A stretch of 64,000 nucleotides of DNA, taken from the NCBI GenBank assembly GCA_964016885.1, contig OZ024751.1, positions 29,512,001-29,576,000 of the forward strand, read 5' to 3'. Numbering within the stretch: position 1 is the first letter of the stretch; every line of letters begins with the position of its first letter. Both the position numbers and the translations under genes were made by a program. Below are positions 40,552 to 53,159 of this stretch, in pieces. This DNA comes from Eledone cirrhosa. Taxonomy: Eukaryota. Below the pieces are notes generated by a model that ran no database searches, was not told where the DNA came from, and worked only from the letters and a program-made list of their open reading frames with translations.

Positions 40552-40808
40552 CTAAAATTCATTATCCTTTTCAACTTTGATCACAAAATTCAAGTCTTCA
40601 TCTGTTGGTAAGATAAATTCATCCGGACTAAGACTTACAGAACTTCGCAGCATCTTACCAAAACGGGGTCCCCGGGAAATCAGGGAATTCTCTTCACGTC
40701 GCCTCTTCAGTGCCATTTTAGCAGTTCCTATTTTATTGGCAGTGATTCGATTGACTTGTGTCTCTGTTAAAGATCGGTTTATCTTCCGAGAATATAAAAC
40801 AGAAAACC
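40552..40808 (-). CDS. BEN gene terminal exon
   Basis: Acceptor TTTCTTTCAG, phase 1 (C+GG=R). Encodes FSVLYSRKINRSLTETQVNRITANKIGTAKMALKRRREEN...FVIKVEKDNEF*. Confidence 0.85.
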
Positions 40809-43587
40809 CTGAAAGAAACATAAAGTCTAGTTAGAGTTACAACAACAATAACAAGTTTTTTAATTAAATTCTCCTTTCTAAACCAAGTGAAGGTGTGTGG
40901 CTTAGTGGTTAGAGAATTGGATTCACAATCAAGAGGTTGTGAGTTCGATTCTCAGACAGGGTGATGCCTTGTATCCTTGAACAAGACATTTTATTATTTC
41001 ATGTTGCTCTTTCTGCCAGGAGTTGCGACCGGTAGTTAGTATCAGCAATGAAAAGACTAATGGAAACTTTGTTTCCTTGGTCTGCTTTGACGAGGTCCAC
41101 CCCACTCGGCAAGCCAATGAGGTCTGGGATCTTCTTGATCAATCAGAGCGGGGGCGAGAATTCAAGGGTTAACCTAGCAGGTCACATGCTAAGCTTCTCC
41201 ATTTTGCTCTAATCGCTGCATCCCCACTACCCCCTTACCATTTCCATGGCTTCTGTTCCTTCCTCCATCATTCCCAGCCACATCTTTTTTGGTTTTTCTC
41301 ATCCTCCTTCCATATTCATTTTTACCACTCCTCAGTTAATATACCTTCTCAACACATGACCCAGCCATCTCATTCTATTTCTATTCACAACATTCATAAC
41401 TGACTCTATCTCTCACACCCAGTCACTTTTACCTTTCCTCAACACATGGCCCAGCCATCTCATGCCATTTCTCTTCACAACATTCATCCCTGACTCAATT
41501 CCTAATGAAAGGGTTAATAAATAAACCTAAGATGTTATGGGAATATGGTAATAAAGAGTTAATAAATAGTTCTATCCTAGTTAGAGAAGAATGCAACAAT
41601 CGTTCATTTTGTGTTGCAACGTTTTTGTTTTTACATTTGATAAGAGGGTATTAGCCCTGAAATATTATGTTGAAATATATGGCAAAAATATTAGTTTTGC
41701 TTTATTTGTCATCCTTTGTCCATTATATATTTTTACTGTATTGTACTGGCTTTCTGAAATACTTGTCAGTAATTTATTGTATCTCCTAATGCTTTGTATT
41801 AACTATATTACTTAATTCTATGATGTTAATGGGAATATGGTAATGAAAGAGTTAATTTAGAATGCTATGATGAGAATGGGAATAACTTAGAAATATGGAT
41901 ATGAAAGGGTTAATAAATAATACTATTTTGATAATGGGAATATATTCATGAAAGAGTGAATTAAGAATGCTATGGTCCAACCCTTGCGAGTGGAGAAAGA
42001 CATTAAATGATGATGATGGTGATGAAAATGTCTTACGTCTTATGGCTTCCATTATCTGTTGGTTTAATGGTTGTGATGTGGAATGTTTAGCTCGGCCCTT
42101 ACCCCTACACGAAGTTGCCGTCGACCTCGCAAGGACTTCATCTGAAAAGAAATGCTGCAGGAGTGCAATGACCAAAATTGCAGGGTCGTTAGCTGTGGTG
42201 GCATTGAACTGGATACGGTTTAGCTCCTCTTCAGAAATATTCACACCAAGACCTGATATTAACTCTACTTCCTGCAAAATATGAAAAGTAAAAAAATAGT
42301 TAAATACTGTCAACTCTTTTTCTATCCAGGGGCTTTTATGCCCAATTTGTTAAACTATTTTTTAAAGTAAAAAAAATACGTTGAGGCTTCTAAGTTAATT
42401 TTCACTAAATTCATATCTCCTCAATGTTTCTAAAAATAGATCACTCTTTACTTTATTTTAGATTTGAAATAAGATATAACGCAACTAAATAAAATAAATA
42501 AGAAATTAAGGTCAGTCTTCCACCCGGGAAAAGGCTCCAAATTCCCTAGTCCACATTTCTTGGATAGATTCCAGGCTAGTATCCTGCTTTAGTTGTCAAT
42601 CTATGTGACATGATGTCCATCATTGCTATCCACAGTTTCCTGGAATAGATCTAGGCCAGTGTCCTGCTTCGACACTAAGTCCACCACATTTCTCGAGAAA
42701 TTCCAAGCCAGTGTCCTGCTTTTGGTTGACATCAATGTATGACATAACATCCACCACACATTTCCACTGCATGCCATGGATCCACAGAACCAGCTTTGAT
42801 CCCTTCCTTTATCTTCAGGATGGTCTTGTAGACATAAATACCCATAGCACTAGGCAAGAATTATTCTAATTGACAACAGCAGCAGCAATAAGCATTTTAA
42901 CCTTTTACCATTTACATTACTCTATATTTACTATTGCATTTTCATGGTAAAGGCTTTATCCCACATAATATTGAATCTACGAGATTTTGATGTTATTTAT
43001 TTTGAGAACAATACCTTAACATCAGTATGATTGGCTCCTTACAGCCAGTTTGAACAGAAAGAGGTGAGAGAATTCTGGCCGGATATGGCTGGTTTAAATG
43101 CTAAGGAGTTAAAAATATTTTCCTTGCTAAAGCAGTGGTAAGCTTTGCAGACCCCATGACAAGGTTCTCCATTCTGTCTGACCCCCCCACTGACTTTTAT
43201 TTCCTCTGCCATGTTTAGCATGTTTTCTTTGTCTTTTATCGGACTACGACCATACTGGGGCATGTTGAGAAGAAATTCATATATTCTTGACAGAAAACTT
43301 TGTCACGGTCTGTCTTTTCTATCAGAAATTTCCAAGTTTGAAGAACTGAGAAAAACATACAATTCCTTTTAAAATTCCATTTTGTTTCCTTGTAAAAAAC
43401 TTGGCTATCATATTTCTTCTATATGATCTCATGTTTTAGTTCTGTTCACTGTGGATGTCTGTAAATCATGTACTTATTTATTCCATTTTATTTTTTGTCT
43501 GTGGAATTGGTGAGATAGATAGATAGATAGACAAACACCCTCAGATGTATATATATATATAGGGAGAGAGAGATAGACACATATCTA

Positions 43588-43625
<38 letters not shown>

Positions 43626-46600
43626 GGGAGATAGATAGATAGATAAATAAAGAGAGTAACTATAAGATGTTTGATTGCTGTTTTCAATCTCAGATTTCCT
43701 TGTAGCGGTTCACGGCTGAAAACCTTTTTATCTTATTTTTTCCCCTTTTTAACATCAACATTTTATCAAAAAAGGAATAAGATGCCACAATAATAATAAT
43801 AATAATAATCATCTAAAAAACATAATCAATAATATTGTAGAAATAAATAAATAAAAAGAACAAGTAAATAATTAAGAAAGATTTTAGATATTCTGAAATA
43901 TTGGAATGTACCAACGCTAAACTATAAGGCTATATACATCATCAAACTGTAGGGCAACAACAGACTGTTTTTCTCTTTGACAGCAAGGGAAAAAAACACA
44001 CACAAACAAAAACCATATGTGCACTTTCTTTTGTTCAAGCCTCATTGGTCAACTATAGCACATAGGATAGATGATAGAGAGGAGACTGGGGATAGATAGA
44101 GAGGTAGAGAGTTGACAAAAGGGAGAGAAAGATAGAGCGGGAGTAGATAGAGAGGTGACAGAAGAGAGATAGGGAGAGATAGAGAGGAAGGAAGTGAAAG
44201 ATAAAGAGACAGAATGGAGATGAAGGGGGAAATAGAAGGGATGGAATGGTAGAGAGAAGGGAGAGAAAAAATGAAAATAGAGAGGAGAAAGACGGAACAT
44301 TTGTATGTATGTGTGTGTGTGGGGGGGGGGTGCTTTTTGTTGTGTGTGTGTTTTTTTGTTTTTTTTTTGTTATTTTTCTCCCCCTAATTGCAAACACTTC
44401 GTTGCCGTAACTAAACTTATTGGCAGATTTCATCCTCTGAGCTGAAAAATGGTGAAAAAAGATTTATTAGATTTTTCTCTCTTGTAAAAAAAAAAAAAAA
44501 GAGAGAGAGAAATAGAGGGATAGAGAGTTAAGGAGCCAGAGAAAAAGAGTTAGGGAACGAGTTGGAGAGCCAGAGAGAGAGAGATAGTTAGGAACCAGAG
44601 CTAGAGAGAGAGAAATAGTTGGGAATCAGAGCAAGAGAGAGAGAGAGAGAGAGAGAGTTGGGAACCAGAGCAAGAGAGAGAGAGAGTTGGGGAACCAGAG
44701 CAAGAGAGAGAGAGAGAGTTGGGAACCAGAGCAAGAGAGAGAGAGAGTTGGGAACCAGAGCAAGAGAGAGAGAGAGTTGGGAACCAGAGCAAGAGAGAGA
44801 GAGAGAGAGTTGGGAACCAGAGCACGAGAGAGAGAGAGAGTTGGGAACCAGAGCAAGAGAGAGAGAGAGAGTTGGGAACCAGAGCAAGAGAGAGAGAGAG
44901 TTGGGAACCAGAACAAGAGAGAGAGAGATAGTTGGGAACCAGAGCAAGAGAGAGAGTTGGGAACCAGAGCAAGAGAGAGAGAGTTGGGGAGAGAGAAATT
45001 CTTTGAAGCTTTTCTGTGGGAACAATAGCATCAACTGTCGTCTGGTTCAGCAGTTCAAGCCACAGACAGTTTATAATTATAAAGAGATTTGCTTCTCTTT
45101 GAGAAAAGCATTAATTTGTCAAGAATGGAATAGGAGGAATGAAAGAAAGATACCTTGTTTGAAAGAATTGTTACAAGTTACAAAGAAGAAAACACCTCAA
45201 AGTTTGCATATTTTCTAAATTACAAATGATATTTCTTAAAAAAAAAATAAAAAAAAATGAGGGACCAAAAGAAAAGAAATTATGATTTATGTTTTATTTC
45301 TATTTTTATTTTATTTTTCATTTTTTTTTTTATTCTAACTTCATTTTGATAGTTATAATCATTACTTTTGTCACCCTAACTTAAAATTAATTTTCAAAAA
45401 AATATATATAGAAAGAAAGCATAAACCTTTGATAAATAAATCATCTGTATATGACACAATTAACTAGACATTTCACAACTAGGTTCAGAATAACTTTAGA
45501 TGTACTCAACAATAAGAAATAAAACAACTTTCATCTCTTGAATCATTAAAAAGTAAACATAATTTTTTTTTCTCCTTAAAAATCATTTTATATGGTTTGT
45601 TGCAGATGTGTGTGTATGTGTATGTATATATATATATAAGTATCTACTAACCGGTATAAACTGCAGCCATCACTTACAAACAAGTATGACTTGGTAATAT
45701 TTACTATGCTTTCGCTAAAGGGTTTTAGGTGCCCATACAGTCGTGAGCAGTACTGGGCTTGACTCCTCCTCATTTCCAGTCTCTCACCCTCTATCCTTCT
45801 CTGGAAGAAATCTTCTATATTAAGACCTGGAAACAAGATGGGCTCCTCTAGGTTTAAAAATACTCTAGAAACACTGTATATCAATATGCCGTCCCTATGA
45901 CTTCCTCAGGAGTTACAGGACCATGATGCATGCAGTATGTGAGCCTTCAAGGCAGTCATTCAAAAAGCCAAATGGACCACAGATTGCCCATGAATGCTCA
46001 AGTGACTCTGGCAAATCAACCAGCCAGTACATGTGCAAATATGGTGAGGTTTAACTTCTTTTTTATACCAACCTACCCGAAACTGGCTTTGGTTCTATGA
46101 AACAAAACAACCCCTTTTTAAGGGTTCATATTTAAATCAATTAAAACCTTCCAACATAATTTGATTTAAGACCCTTTTGATAAATTATGTAACAAATACT
46201 ATATTAACCCTTTGAATATTAACCCAACCAAGACTACATCTTGTTCGATGAAACGGAAGGGTTCCCCTTTAACTCTTTAGCATTCATACCAGCCGTATCT
46301 GACCAGAATCCTCTCCCTTCTTTGTTAAACTGGCTGCTCATACTGATGTTAAGGTATAGTTCTCAAAATCTCAAGATTCAATGTTATGTGAGGTAAAGCC
46401 TTTATTGCAAAGATACAATCGTAAATATAGAGTAATGTAAATACTAAAGGGTTAAATTAAAATCTTCCAACGTAATTTGATTTGTTCCGGCCCTTTATGT
46501 TCTGAGTTCAAATCCTGCCCAGGGCAACTTTGCTCTTCATCCTTCTGGGGTTGATAAAATAAAGCAGCAAATTCCTCAAGTACCGAGGCCACAGTTAATT

Positions 46601-47403
46601 AACTTCTCCCCTCCCCCTCTCCCAGATTGCCAGCCTTGTTCCTGAATTAGAAACCGTTATTATTTCACATACTCCCATATATTACATGAAAGAATTAAAA
46701 AAACAATTAAAAAAAAATGGATCTTAAAGAGAAAAAAGAAATGAAAATAAATCTCCAAACTTGGTGAAGTAGGTAATAATAATAATAATAATAATTGTTT
46801 CTACTTTAGGCACAAGGCCAGCAATTACCCAGTACATTACTGGTACTTATTTTATCGACCCCGTAAGGATGAAAGGCAAAGTCAACCTCGGCAGGATTTG
46901 AACTCAGATCGTAAAGGGACGTAACTCTGCTGGAAAGCATGGCGTCCGACCCTCTACCGATACTAATAATAATGATGATAATAATAATAATAACAATAAC
47001 AATAATATTATACTGAATAACATTTATTTCATTCTAAGCACTTTATGCTTTAAAGACTTTTTTTTATGTTTGTTTTGTTTTGAATTTTTTTTTTCTTACT
47101 TCACCAATTCAACCAACAAGAGGCTTCTCATTTTTCCTCAGACTTTATTGGCTGCATTGAAGATAGTTGTGTAAAGAATATGGTGGAGAGGGGGGGGGGA
47201 CTGGCGATGGTGCAAAGAATGGGGGGGGGCGGTTATGTGGCAAGAATACAGGGGGATTGTGTGGCATTGTCACTGATTTTTGATGGCTTTATCCTGAAAT
47301 CTATAGGAATCTTAGTAAGCAATGGATGACATTTTTAAAGAACACTTCAGGGCATGCTTATATATATATATATATATGTGTGTGTTTCTGTAGACATATA
47401 TAT

Positions 47404-47454
<51 letters not shown>

Positions 47455-50400
47455 TTCTGTAGACATATATATCCATCATATATATATATATATATATATT
47501 ATCCATCCTATATATTAGATTGAGCACAAATGTTGAAGGCTTCAAGAACAGATAGATAGATAGATATATATATACATACATATGTAGGTAGATAGATAGA
47601 TAGATATATAAGTAGAGAGAGAGATAGATAGACAGGTAGAGAGATAGATAGATATATACATATGTAGGTAGATAGATAGATAGATAGATATATACATATG
47701 TAGGTAGATAGATAAGTAGAGAGAGAGATAGATAGACAGGTAGAGAGATATATACATATGTAGGTAGAGAGATAGATAGATAGATATATAGGTAGATAGA
47801 GAGGGAGGGAGGTATGTAGACAGGGAGGTAGTTGGATAGACAGATTACTACAGCCAAATCCCAGCTTTATATAAAGTGTTGAGAGGAGGGGAAATAAAAG
47901 TTAAAAGATAAGCAGTAAAGTGTGACAAAAAATGAGCAAACTTATTTAGTTTAAAGCCACACAAAACAACATATTTTACTCTTTATATTTGTTATCATTC
48001 AAACTACTATTTATTTCCTATTTGGTTTGTATTGTATGAAAAAAAAAAATCAATATATTATTCATTGTTATTATTAGCACAGAGTTATGGCCCTATATGT
48101 TCTGAGTTCAAATCATGCCGAGGTTAACTTTGCCTTTCATCCTTACAGGGTTGATAAAATAAAGTACCAGTAACACACTGGGGATAATTGCTGGCCTTGT
48201 GTCAAAAGTAGAAACAATTATTATTGTTCCCTGTATATTCTGAGTTCAAATCCCGCTGAGATTAGCTTTACTTTTCATCTTTACAAGGTCAATAAAATAA
48301 AGTACACTGGAGGTGATTTTTTTTTTTTTTATTTGTTTGTGATGGAGGATGAGCTGTGGCTTGGCAGCCAGCTTCCGAGTAATGGTCAGGCATGAATTTG
48401 TGATACACCAATACCACTTTATTCCCAATGAGAATTATAGACATACAGCATCGTATTGGCATTGCTGTTATTGTCCATGGTTCCTGACTCTCAGCAATGG
48501 CAACAGCCCAGACCATCATACTTTAAAAGAAAGATAATTAAACCTTTCAAGGTGGTGCCCCAGCATGGCCACAGTCCAATGATTGAAACCAGTAAAAGAA
48601 TAAAATAATGGTTTCTGATTTAGGCACAAGGCGAACAATTTTGGAAGGGAAAGTTGATTAAATTGAGCCTAGTATGTTACTGGTACTTTATTATGTCGAC
48701 CCTGTAAGGATGAAAGGCAAAGCTAACCTGTAGAGTTATATCTAGAATTGGTAATTTTTTTTTTTTCCGGTTATCATCATCGTTAAACGTCCATCTTCCA
48801 CGCTAGCATGGGTTAGACGGGAATTGTCCTATTTGAGGCAAGATTGCTCGGGTGACCGTGTCTTGCTCGTATAGGACTGTCTGGCAGGTTTCTACGGCTG
48901 GATGCCCTTCCTAACACCAACCACATTTACAGTGTGGACTGGGAGCTTTTTACCGTGTTACCTACACGACCACATTACAGCGTGGACTGAGTTTCTTTTT
49001 CCTTTTTTTTTTGTCATGACACCTACACGACCTCATAGTTATATTTAAATTAGTGACTTACTTTTGAGTTTCCCTGTTCAGTTGTTCTTGGTGTCAGGGG
49101 TGTGAGAGTAGGTGGAGAGACTGGTGTAGACACTTGGCTGGTTGGAGAGTAATCCGGGGAGACAGGGGGGACTTCCAGTTCATTGTTCAAGACAGTCTTC
49201 AAATGCAGGCTATCTTGGAACGGTAAAGGTTGTTCTCGTGCGTACGTCTTCTGAGAGGAAGGTGTCACTTCTGGTACCTTCACTGCACCAGCACCAGCAC
49301 CAAGACCAAGACCAGTACCAGCAGACACCGACTTCTTAGCAATTTGATGGGATGGAATCTTTGAAAAGATTTGAAATGGAACTGTTAGGCGTTGGTTTTT
49401 CGATTGTATTGTGTTATGGTTACTACTAGAAGTCACTGTTGATGGTTGAGTTGTGGGTTTTATTACAAAAGGGTTTTTATTTATGATAGGTCTTGATATC
49501 AACCTCAGTTGGTTCTGATTTTCTGAATGGTTTTCTTTAGATCTGTTTGACTGTAAAATCTGTGTTTTTGTGTGGTGGTGGATGTTATTGGTGGATGTTA
49601 TAAAATCTGTGTGGTGGTGGATGTTATTGATAGTTCGACTGTTAACTGGGATTGAACCCAGTTGGGCGGCCACTGTTCGCAGTTGACTTTCATTTTTAAA
49701 ATCATTTGGGAATTCACTTTCAGTTTCAACCTGAAGAAAAAGAATATATATAAATAAAACAAGTTGAAGAGATACTGGGCCATTTTATCTCTCTATTTCT
49801 CTCATCGAACCATTCTCTCTCACACATCCTATTCTCTCTTCTCTTTCCCCTTCACACAATCTTACTGCTAACTCATTCACTTTCTCTCTGACTACCAACT
49901 AACTGTAAAACATTGCTTGTAAAGGACCCTATGATTAGTATGGGACCACAAGCTTGACTACTTCTTTGGCAGCTAAAAATGGGCATAAAACATTTGCTGT
50001 TGTTGTTGTTAAGTGGTTGGTGTTATTGAGGGCAACCAGCCATAGAAACCATGTTCCAGTTGTTGATGTCAGGAAGGGTAATCAGCCATAGAAACCATGT
50101 TGCCAGGAAGGGCAACCAGCCATAGAAACCATGTTCCCAGTTGTTGATGTCAAGAAGGGCAACCAGCCATAGAAACCATGTTCCCAGTTGTTGATGTCAG
50201 GAAGGGTAATCAGCCATAGAAACCATGTTGCCAGGAAGGGCAACCAGCCATAGAAACAATGTTCCCAGTAGTTGATGTCAAGAAGGGCAACCAGCCATAG
50301 AAACAATGTTCCCATTACACTCTGTAAAGTGGTTTTAATAAGGAAAGGCATTCAGCCACATAAACCAAGCCAAAATGGAGCACGCAAACAGTGTGTGGTT

Positions 50401-52166
50401 ACCTGACTAGTCTACCCTCAGCACACACCTCCCATATCCTAACACAGTGTCCCTCACACACCCTTCCCACCAAAGCCTCCAGGTGGTTGTGTAGGTGTCA
50501 TGACAAAAGCATGCAGCCCACACCGTAAAGTAGTTGTGTAAGTGCCACAACAAAAAGCACCCAGTACTCACTGTAAATGTGGTTGGTGGTTGGCATTAGG
50601 AAGGGCATCCAGCCGTAGAAACCAAACCCAAATCGGTTCTGTATGAGCAAGACATGGTCATCTGACCTCATCTTGCCTCAAACAGGACAAACCGTCTAAC
50701 CCATGCTAGCGTGGAAAATGGATGTTAAACACTGATGATGATATAAACTGTTTATATGTATGATATATACATACATATAAACAGTTTTGTTTCATAGAAC
50801 CAGGAGTGGTTTTGGTATGAAAAAAAGGTTAATGGGAAAACAGATTATGTCTTCATTATATGTTTAACATTATCGATGAATTGGCAGTATCGGTAGAGGA
50901 TTGGACGCCATGCTTTCTAGCATAGTTACGTCCCTTTACAGTCTGAGTTCAAATCCCGCTGAGTTAACTTTGCCTTTCATCCTTACGGGGTCGATAAAAT
51001 AAAGTACCAGTAATGTACTGGGTAATTGCTGGCCTTGTGCCTAAAGTAGAAACAATTATATGTTTAACATTATCTTTTCTCTCTCCCATACTATACAACT
51101 TTACAGCTAGCTACATATCCATCTAAATGCTAGCTCAGCATAACACAGTAAACACCATACGTTAAAGTGGCTTACAGGTATTTCTCTAATGTTTTATGAC
51201 ATACAGTCACACAGACATTTACTTTCAAGCTCCTCACATTTGTAATCCAACTTACTACTCATCATAGAAAATGATGAGTAGTTTTTGTTGTTAGTTTATG
51301 ATATTTTTGGAGGGGAGCGGGGGGGGGGGGGGGGAATCTATTTTTTATTGTTGTTTTTGTTATTTTTATTGTTGTTGTTTTCTAAATTTCCTAAATGCAA
51401 AACCCATCTATTATGTTCAACCCTGTCACACAACTACCTCAATGATTCTCACATCAGTGATCTGATGTGAGGAGAAGAAGAACTTAACAGTTCCCTCTTC
51501 ATTGCCAATTGGCTAGAAAGAAATACATTTACATAAATATATACTTGGCTAGAGAGAGAGAGAGAGAGCTAACTACAAATACATTCAGATGCCACCATAC
51601 TACTAATTCACTATCTACTATGTAATGTGAAAAAAAAAAAAGGTATAAAAATCAACAAAAAATAGTCCTTTTTTTATGTTTTACCTCGACTATTTAACTG
51701 TTATTTTTTTTTATTTATATACATATATATATATATATGTGTGTGTATGTATGTATATATACGTGTATGTATGTGTATAAATATATATATGAGTGTGTAT
51801 GTATGTATATTTATATGTATGTATATGTGTGGGAGTGTACGTGTATGTTTATTTATGTGTATGTATGTATATTTATATATATATATGTATATGTGTGTGA
51901 GTGTGCATGTATGTTTATATATATATATATATATGTGTGTGTATGTATGTATATATACATGTGTGTGTGTGTGATGGTATGTATATATAAACATTTCTTT
52001 GAACTAGTTACTAATGAAGGCTAAATGCCCCAATAAAAAAAATTTCAGTCCAATAGAAACTCTGTTGTAATAAAACCTTACGTACATTGGTAACATGTTT
52101 CTTGAGAATGGCCAATACTTGTTCTAAAACTTCAATACAGCATGGATTTACCTTCAAACTGTCCAT
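40552..52166 (-). CDS. Spliced gene, BEN domain-containing (BEN-solo-like) nuclear protein, about 438 aa: complement(join(40552..40808,42037..42271,49062..49730,51438..51512,52086..52166))
   Basis: Five exons with GT/AG boundaries and compatible phases (0,0,0,1) give one open frame to TAG. The C-terminal region has the BEN-like pattern LVIALLQHFFSDEVLARS..G..PLNQQIMEAIRR..VNRITANK. Confidence 0.8.
40888..41170 (+). mobile_element. tRNA-derived CORE-like SINE in the last intron
   Basis: A-box TGGCTTAGTGG and B-box GAGTTCGATTC. Homologous to 32863-33075. Confidence 0.75.
41200..41500 (-). mobile_element. Decayed LINE C-terminal fragment, partly duplicated
   Basis: The minus strand encodes RWLGHVLR twice. 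Confidence 0.45.
42037..42271 (-). CDS. BEN gene exon 4 (core of the BEN-like domain)
   Basis: Acceptor ATTTTGCAG, donor C|GTAAG. Encodes EVELISGLGVNISEEELNRIQFNATTANDPAILVIALLQHFFSDEVLARSTATSCRGKGRAKHSTSQPLNQQIMEAIR. Confidence 0.88.
42901..43108. mobile_element. piggyBac-like MITE (reverse orientation)
   Basis: Flanked by TTAA. Reverse complement of 3195-3415. Confidence 0.75.
44585..44990. repeat. Compound array GTTGGGAACCAGAGCAA + variable (GA)n, about 13 units
   Basis: A constant 17-mer separated by (GA) runs of varying length. Confidence 0.9.
46273..46451. mobile_element. piggyBac-like MITE
   Basis: TTAA|CTCTTTAGCATT ... AATACTAAAGGG|TTAA. Confidence 0.7.
46490..46965. mobile_element. 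Two Meta-domain-like SINEs in opposite orientation (46490-46645 +, 46795-46965 -)
   Basis: GAGTTCAAATCCTGCC..TTCATCCTT and its reverse complement GGATGAAAGGCAAAG..GGATTTGAACTC. Confidence 0.75.
48083..49040. mobile_element. Cluster of SINE copies (48083-48305 +, 48610-48730 -) and an RTE 3' tail (48773-49035 -)
   Basis: Direct similarity to 12755-12940 and to the reverse complement of 15510-15762. Confidence 0.75.
49062..49730 (-). CDS. BEN gene exon 3 (669 nt, low-complexity S/T/P/N-rich region)
   Basis: Acceptor TTCTTTTTCTTCAG, donor AAA|GTAAGT. The 223-codon open frame runs VETESEFPNDF...PRTTEQGNSK. Confidence 0.85.
50020..50745 (+). mobile_element. RTE-tail-derived element(s) with tandem expansion of the GGAAGGGCAACCAGCCATAGAAAC motif
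   Basis: About 8 copies of the motif at 50030-50360, followed by a tail element ending in (GAT)n at about 50742. Confidence 0.7.
50880..51060 (+). mobile_element. Meta-domain-like SINE with apparent target-site duplication
   Basis: Full-length SINE body. ATTATATGTTTAACATTATC flanks both ends (50855-50874 and 51055-51074). Confidence 0.8.
51438..51512 (-). CDS. BEN gene exon 2 (75 nt)
   Basis: Acceptor ATTTCTTTCTAG, donor GAG|GTAGTT. Encodes PIGNEEGTVKFFFSSHQITDVRIIE, phase 0-0. Confidence 0.65.
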
Positions 52167-52175
52167 TACTTCTTC
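52086..52175 (-). CDS. BEN gene first identified coding exon (candidate ATG at 52166)
   Basis: Acceptor CATCTCTTGCAG, donor AAT|GTACGT. Encodes (EEV)MDSLKVNPCCIEVLEQVLAILKKHVTN. Further upstream coding exons cannot be excluded. Confidence 0.7.
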
Positions 52176-52539
52176 CTGCAAGAGATGATGGGGAGGCTGT
52201 ACAGAAGCAATAAACAGAGTGTGTCCAATGAAATTTTTTATTTATTATTTATTATTATTTTTTTTTTTACCTAAAAATTTATATACCTATCACACACAAC
52301 AAATGTCTCAAATTAACATGAGTAGACAACATTTATGACCCTGATTTAACCACAACCTTCCACTGATAGCTCACCTATAAAATCTAACCTATCTTTTATA
52401 TTATATATATATTTCTTTGTGTGTTTTTTTACTATATTATCATCAGAACATAAATTTAAAAAAAAAACAAAAAGTTAAACATTAAAAAAAATCAAGCTGG
52501 TATATACTACATACAGTGGCTGTGTGGTTAATTGTCTGA

Positions 52540-53090
52540 TCCTAGAGTTGAGTCTTTTAACACGAGTAGGGACAAAACACATTCCCTGTTCATAATACAA
52601 GACTTGAATCTTTTAAACAGGTAAATGTGGTTGGTGTTAGGAAGGGCATCCAGCCGTAGAAAACCTGCCAGATAGTCCTAATACGAGTGAGACACGGTCA
52701 CCCAACCAATCTTGACTCAAATAGGACAATCTCCGTCTAACCCATGCTAGCATGGAAGATAGACATTAAACGATGATGATGAAGGACAAAAACCCTTTAA
52801 CTGCTCATCACACAAGAGGTCAGTCTTTTAAGACAGGTAGGAATAAAACACCTTACCTGCTCATCATACAAGAGTTGAGTCTTTTAAGACAGGTAAGAAC
52901 AAAACACCTTACCAGGTAAGCATACAAGAGTTGAGTCTTTTAAGACAAATAGGGACAAAATACCCTACCTGTTCACTGTCCTAGAGTTGAGCCTTTTAAT
53001 ACAGGTAAAAACAAAACACCTTGTCTGCTCATCATACAAGATGTGAGTCTTTTAAGACAGGTAGGAACAAAACACTTTACCTGCTCACCT
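52540..53090. repeat. Degenerate tandem repeat of about 56 bp interrupted by an RTE 3' tail (52625-52782)
   Basis: GAGTTGAGTCTTTTAAGACAGGTAGGAACAAAACACCTTACCTGCTCATCATACAA recurs about 8 times. Confidence 0.75.
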
Positions 53091-53159
53091 AGCATTCTCT
53101 TCTTAACCCTTTAGATCCCAGCCTGCCCCAAACCCATCCCTGGTCCTTATATAAATTAA

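Noticed and set aside
45588-45884. 98-aa minus-strand ORF within a BEN-gene intron
   Set aside because: There are no good splice sites, and exons 3 and 4 already join in frame. It is possibly a decayed LINE fragment.
52077-52085. GTAAG donor at 52081 for the first coding exon
   Set aside because: It gives phase 1 and an early stop in the next exon. The overlapping GTACGT donor 4 nt upstream keeps the frame.
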